This document shows, in pieces, positions 60,153 to 64,000 of a stretch of DNA of 64,000 bases; the stretch's first letter is position 1, and each line of letters opens with the position of its first letter. A program made the position numbers and the translations under genes. The DNA is from a virus (Duplodnaviria > Caudoviricetes), in the IMG/VR virus record IMGVR_UViG_3300025401_000648; one strand, given 5' to 3'. The notes under the pieces are model-generated. The model ran no database searches. It worked only from the letters and a program-made list of their open reading frames with translations, and was not told the DNA's origin.

Positions 60153-60445
60153 AGTGTGGGCTCTTGAGGTGGTGTGAGTTGACTGCGATGATAGGCCGCG
60201 GCTTCAGCTGCCGCTCTAGCTTCAATGGCTAGGTTGGCCGCATCCTTGGCTGCGCGATTGGCTGCAGCTTCAGCAGTGATCCTTGCCTGTTCAGCTAGAT
60301 CCGCGGCTGCTTGAATCTTGGCTTCTAACTCCGCACGAGCCCGATCCACAGCAGTGGTGGCCATGACTGATTGTTTTTTGGCCTGAGCAAACAGCTCCTG
60401 CTCAGTTTGTTCAATGCGTTGATATAAGGTACTAAACCATCCCAT
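60149..60445 (-). CDS. Ala-rich coiled-coil hypothetical protein
   Basis: AGGAG SD before MGWFSTL; TAAATA at 60487-60492. Confidence 0.6.
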   Translation of the reverse strand: MGWFSTLYQRIEQTEQELFAQAKKQSVMATTAVDRARAELEAKIQAAADLAEQARITAEAAANRAAKDAANLAIEARAAAEAAAYHRSQLTPPQEPTL

Positions 60446-60568
60446 GAGATATCTCCTAATGTGTATATACAGCAATTATATAGGTATATTTACCCCAGGT
60501 CAATGTGCATGGTAAAAAATTTCTGTAAAAAATTTCGTCCAGGGGATCTTTAGAACGCTAGATAGTTT

Positions 60569-60832
60569 TCAAGCGCCAAATCTCAGTAGAAACAAGCTGA
60601 CACTGCTTTCACGACGAAAAGCCACACCACAGTAAAAGGCCTGCTTGAGAGTCCACATATCCCACGTCCAATCCCGATAGTGTGGGCCAACATGACGTTC
60701 TAACCATGACTCCACACAGTTGACCTGTTCAATCCAATCGCCCTGTCCTTGGTGTCTAGGATCTTCTATATAGGGCCATGGAGCAACAGCATGATAGGGT
60801 AATACGGGATACTTATCCCAAAGCATGTGCAT
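60569..60832 (-). CDS. Trp-rich hypothetical protein
   Basis: TAAATA 5 nt before ATG; VAFRRESSVSLFLLRFG C-terminus. Confidence 0.6.
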   Translation of the reverse strand: MHMLWDKYPVLPYHAVAPWPYIEDPRHQGQGDWIEQVNCVESWLERHVGPHYRDWTWDMWTLKQAFYCGVAFRRESSVSLFLLRFGA

Positions 60833-60967
60833 AGAAATATTTACGCCAAAACGGAAAAAGGGCCGAGAGTTCCAAGGGCCAGAGCGAAGCGCGGAGCGCG
60901 AAAAATTTTAGGGAGAAGATTTTCCGGAGTGGCCGAGGGATAATATCCATAATACTGAACACGGTAC

Positions 60968-61024
60968 AATCCACAGCGCAGTCTACTGTAAAATCTACAG
61001 TGGATCTACAGTGAATCTACAGTA
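60968..61024. repeat. Tandem 11-12-nt repeats ATCTACAGT(G/A), iteron-like
   Basis: Three near-exact copies at 60992-61024, preceded by two degenerate copies. Confidence 0.75.
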
Positions 61025-61036
61025 TGCCCACTGACA

Positions 61037-61486
61037 TCAAAACTGCCAAGACCATCCAAAGCGTAGAACATTATTAGTCACAGCAATGCCCTCTACAATA
61101 GTGGTCACAGTGAGTATGTCCCTACGATACTGGGGCAATTGATCAGCTAGTATAAAGATCAAAGGACTTAGCATAAAATGAAGATCCAAGGCCTGAGTAG
61201 TGGGATATCTACCTAATAGGGGATTGGTTTCAAAACAGGCATGATGACACCACCCCGTTTGAGCTATAGTACGAGTAGTGTGCCAATCCATGAACAAGAG
61301 AGCGCCTGCCGTATAAGCTAGATGTCGATCCTGAGGTGTCCAAGATTCTGCGGCGTTGAGCGTGAGATTTAGGGTGCTAGTGGGTTCTAATGTAGCGTCT
61401 ACAGTGGTATCCCCAGTGTCAGCATGGGCAAACACGCTAGCACAAGTGAGTAGGAAGATTATGACGTAGCGTAGATATGGCAGCAT
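61037..61486 (-). CDS. Membrane/secreted hypothetical protein
   Basis: TAAATA 5 nt before MLPYLRY; signal-peptide-like start; FETNPLLG motif and hydrophobic segments. Confidence 0.6.
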   Translation of the reverse strand: MLPYLRYVIIFLLTCASVFAHADTGDTTVDATLEPTSTLNLTLNAAESWTPQDRHLAYTAGALLFMDWHTTRTIAQTGWCHHACFETNPLLGRYPTTQALDLHFMLSPLIFILADQLPQYRRDILTVTTIVEGIAVTNNVLRFGWSWQF

Positions 61487-61701
61487 GTCTATATTTACTC
61501 TTAGGGGCCGGTCTATGCATGCATGAAAACCTGTGATAAAAAATAAAAACAACCTGGTGATCTAGATCTGGCGGGTTCTAATATAAGTCGGGTTTTTTTG
61601 ATGAAATTTTTGGCATTGCTTTTGTTGTTTTTATACAACAGTTTAATATGCATACCAGGCCCCACCAACCAACCCACCGGTGACCCACCATGCCACCAGT
61701 C

Positions 61702-61736
61702 AAAAAAAAGCCCCGTCAACGCCAGCTCAACGGGGC
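61702..61736 (-). terminator. Intrinsic terminator of the early minus-strand genes
   Basis: GCCCCGT...ACGGGGC stem followed by T8 on the minus strand. Confidence 0.85.
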
Positions 61737-61758
61737 CCAAACGCTCTACGCTAGACTC

Positions 61759-62103
61759 TTAGTCCATACGGCTACCGCTGTAGATCTTAGCCTCAGGGAA
61801 TATGCTACGGAAGTAGCGAGCAAAAGCTTCTGCTCCTGCTTCCTTAACAGAGATGCTCTGCGTGGGCAAGCCTGCTGGATCCCACAAGGTCAACGTCTTA
61901 GGCCTGTAGCTCTTACGGAAGCCTGCAGCCATAAGCGCCTTTGCTTCCCGGCTGTTAGTACGCTCTACGAAGATGTCCACCCAGCCAAAGCCACAAGCGT
62001 CACGCTCGCCTACCTGCGCATACATCTGCTGGGCAGCCGCCACAGCTTCTTGTTGAGCACCCGCCACAGCAGAGATGATCTGCTCTTTAGTAAAACCTTT
62101 CAT
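61759..62103 (-). CDS. Early hypothetical protein
   Basis: TAAGGAG SD and a sigma70 promoter directly upstream. Confidence 0.75.
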   Translation of the reverse strand: MKGFTKEQIISAVAGAQQEAVAAAQQMYAQVGERDACGFGWVDIFVERTNSREAKALMAAGFRKSYRPKTLTLWDPAGLPTQSISVKEAGAEAFARYFRSIFPEAKIYSGSRMD

Positions 62104-62134
62104 ACTAGCTCCTTAGTGTGTTGTGTAAGTCTAT

Positions 62135-62163
62135 ATTATAAGGCCCTTTCGGGCCTTTGTCAA
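62135..62163 (-). promoter_or_regulatory. Early promoter TTGACA-N17-TATAAT
   Basis: Exact consensus; spacer AAGGCCCGAAAGGGCCT. Confidence 0.9.
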
Positions 62164-62987
62164 CCGCAGATTGCGTACTCAGCCAGCTCAGCCCAGTTAC
62201 GACTGCCTGCCCGGCGGATCTTGACGCATTGGATCAGAGTACGCAGGCTCAACTCTTTCACACGGTCCTGTACCTCGGCGATCAAGTCCATGGCGTCCTC
62301 TTTGTGGACCTGTTCGTACTCGGGCATGAACTCACCACTGGTCAGTAGGTGACGCATACGTTCAACCTTTTGCTCTGTGGTCATGCTCAAGTCCACACAC
62401 AGGCTTCGTGTCACAACGGCTTGATCCAATTGTGAGGAGCTCATGTTACTGATGAAGACCACACGACCTTTGAAGAGGAATGAGTTAGGCAGGTCCTCGT
62501 CCTTAAAGTCCGCACGCCATGTCACCACTCGCTGGCTGTATGAATCCAATGCTGTCTTCAGCAGGCTCAAGCTCACTGGATCTTTGAGTACGCTATCACA
62601 GTCGTCGAACACTAAGACTGAGTCCTTGTTTTCATACAGCAAGCGGAACAGACCCTTTGCTGTACTGTAGCCTTTGACCACTGTATAGCTCTTACGAGCG
62701 CGGATCTCACCTGCCTCTTGTAGGGTCACGTCCGTGAAGCCCCGGGCTCGGAGTGCTTGGACCACAGTATGGCTCTTGCCAAGTCCACCGGGACCGCAGA
62801 TGATCACTGACGCTTGATCACCACCAGCCACCATGTTCACCATGTCAGTGACAAAGCCAAAGCGCTGATTGATTGTGAACTTACTGGGCACCACCACATT
62901 CTTGGGTGCTGTATAAGTGATAGAGACTGGACCGCTACCATCTCTGCGTTGACGGGGTGAACCATCGTTTTTGTAACCTCTTGGCAT
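62160..62987 (-). CDS. P-loop (AAA+-like) ATPase
   Basis: GPGGLGKS Walker A, VFDDCD Walker B, FISN, TRS. Confidence 0.8.
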   Translation of the reverse strand: MPRGYKNDGSPRQRRDGSGPVSITYTAPKNVVVPSKFTINQRFGFVTDMVNMVAGGDQASVIICGPGGLGKSHTVVQALRARGFTDVTLQEAGEIRARKSYTVVKGYSTAKGLFRLLYENKDSVLVFDDCDSVLKDPVSLSLLKTALDSYSQRVVTWRADFKDEDLPNSFLFKGRVVFISNMSSSQLDQAVVTRSLCVDLSMTTEQKVERMRHLLTSGEFMPEYEQVHKEDAMDLIAEVQDRVKELSLRTLIQCVKIRRAGSRNWAELAEYAICG

Positions 62988-63014
62988 ACTTGCTCCTAGT
63001 GTGTGTAAGTGTAT

Positions 63015-63043
63015 ATTATACGGCCTTAGGCCGCTTCTGTCAA
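63015..63043 (-). promoter_or_regulatory. Early promoter TTGACA-N17-TATAAT
   Basis: Exact consensus; spacer GAAGCGGCCTAAGGCCG. Confidence 0.9.
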
Positions 63044-63742
63044 CCGAATTACGAAGCCTGTGTAGTCTTTTTTGGCACGTCCCTTGGCCTTCAAACCAGC
63101 GATGCTGCCTTGGGGATCTAGGAAGCGGAGGTCATGCTCATCAGCATTGATCACTGGGAGACCCATGTGTTCTTCAGGCAGACGATCAAACACCGCCGCA
63201 ATATTGAGGCCTTGCTCGATGGCTTTGGCCACATCCGCATCGTTGCCGTCGGCTTTGGAAAATGTCAAGTGGTAGTTCTTGTACTGGCCGACCTTACGAC
63301 CCAGGACCTTAGTGTAGTCATAGAACTGTACAGTAGGGAACAGTTCAAAAATGTTCTTGCCCGCTTCAGCTTCGTACTTCTCCCAGCTCAAGTCTGAGGT
63401 ACCATTCAAGCGGAACACGGGAGTCAAGCCCTGCCGTTCTGCGAACTTAATACCCCGACGGATGTCTGCGACCAAGTTGGTCATAAACTCTTCACGATTG
63501 AAGAAGAACTCCACTGTCTTGCGGATACGAGCCTTTTGGATTGTATTGGTATTCTCACCGCGCTTGAACATGCCACCTCTGCCTGCTGTATTAAGGCAAG
63601 CGGATGCGCAACCTGCTGTGGCCTTGGGGCAGGTGTTGCGCCCGCTAAGGGTGGATGGGGCAAGGTGTAGGATGAATGATAGGTAGCCAAGTTTCGTTCC
63701 CTTTTGGATCTTGGGATTCGCTGTACTTAAGAGCTTGAACAT
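63026..63742 (-). CDS. GP88-family phage protein
   Basis: NPKIQKG, TCPKATAGCASACL, RLNGTSDL, FYDYTK, DEHDLRFLDP. Confidence 0.7.
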   Translation of the reverse strand: MFKLLSTANPKIQKGTKLGYLSFILHLAPSTLSGRNTCPKATAGCASACLNTAGRGGMFKRGENTNTIQKARIRKTVEFFFNREEFMTNLVADIRRGIKFAERQGLTPVFRLNGTSDLSWEKYEAEAGKNIFELFPTVQFYDYTKVLGRKVGQYKNYHLTFSKADGNDADVAKAIEQGLNIAAVFDRLPEEHMGLPVINADEHDLRFLDPQGSIAGLKAKGRAKKDYTGFVIRLTEAA

Positions 63743-63773
63743 AGTGTGTGTCCTTTAGTGTGTGTAAGTCTAT

Positions 63774-63802
63774 ATTATAAGGCCTTAGCCTAGGCTTGTC
63801 AA
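63774..63802 (-). promoter_or_regulatory. Early promoter TTGACA-N17-TATAAT
   Basis: Exact consensus; spacer AGCCTAGGCTAAGGCCT. Confidence 0.9.
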
Positions 63803-64000
63803 CCATTCCTTAACATCAGGATCAACTTCCATCATGCGATCAAACTGGGCCGCAACCAGCATGTCACGCATGGCATAGTATTCGGCGCCACCCGCACGGC
63901 AGAGATCTTCCACGGCATGCATGGAAGGCATGCGCCATAGCATCTCGCAGATGAACTTTTGGTTGGGTGTGAGACCAGTGATAGTCAATTCGTCGTCGTC
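63785..64000 (-). CDS. Early hypothetical protein (5' truncated by window)
   Basis: Frame stays open to the window edge (DDDELTITGLTPNQK...). Confidence 0.6.
   Translation of the reverse strand, partial: DDDELTITGLTPNQKFICEMLWRMPSMHAVEDLCRAGGAEYYAMRDMLVAAQFDRMMEVDPDVKEWLTSLG

Noticed and set aside
60925-60980. tRNA-like stretch GGAGTGGCCGAGGG
   Set aside because: Resembles a D-arm only; no anticodon arm, TTC loop or acceptor stem.
60968-61024. CRISPR array
   Set aside because: Repeats are 11-12 nt and contiguous, with no spacers or cas genes.
61690-62352. 220-aa plus-strand ORF
   Set aside because: Antisense to two well-supported genes and crosses a terminator and a promoter.
1-64000. Stop-codon reassignment or a diversity-generating retroelement
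   Set aside because: Core genes are intact under the standard code; no reverse transcriptase or TR/VR pair was seen in the window.

Overview
The window is part of a large T4-related myovirus genome; no host chromosomal genes, tRNAs or CRISPR arrays were seen. Left to right: (1) about 18 kb of very large modular tail-fibre/virion genes (1-18318); (2) a minus-strand block with a flavin-dependent halogenase-like gene, a NUDIX hydrolase and gp15-like and gp14-like genes; (3) gp13-like neck, dNMP kinase, HNH, tail sheath, tail tube, gp4-like nuclease, acidic head-region proteins and terminase large subunit; (4) a replication/recombination block (gp32, UvsX, UvsY, UvsW, probable clamp-loader small subunit, a 189-aa DnaE-like polymerase core, primase, helicase) containing an ADP-heptose-type cluster (cupin, hldD, HldE-type nucleotidyltransferase and kinase); (5) an accessory block (AlgH-like, nucleotidyltransferase, TctC/TctA-like transporter, methyltransferase, sulfotransferase-like, Asn-synthase-like, Tyr-rich gp38-like); (6) a more GC-rich early region with three perfect sigma70 promoters. 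Most striking: both adjacent gp14-like and gp15-like genes carry an out-of-frame insert directly after the ATG at the expected start position. Each insert reads as a collapsed homing-endonuclease mini-ORF and supplies a new AAAGGAG site plus an in-frame ATT, suggesting AUU-initiated restart of essential genes. Many genes also look leaderless (promoter motif 5-7 nt before ATG). All product calls come from motif recognition by eye, not database searches.
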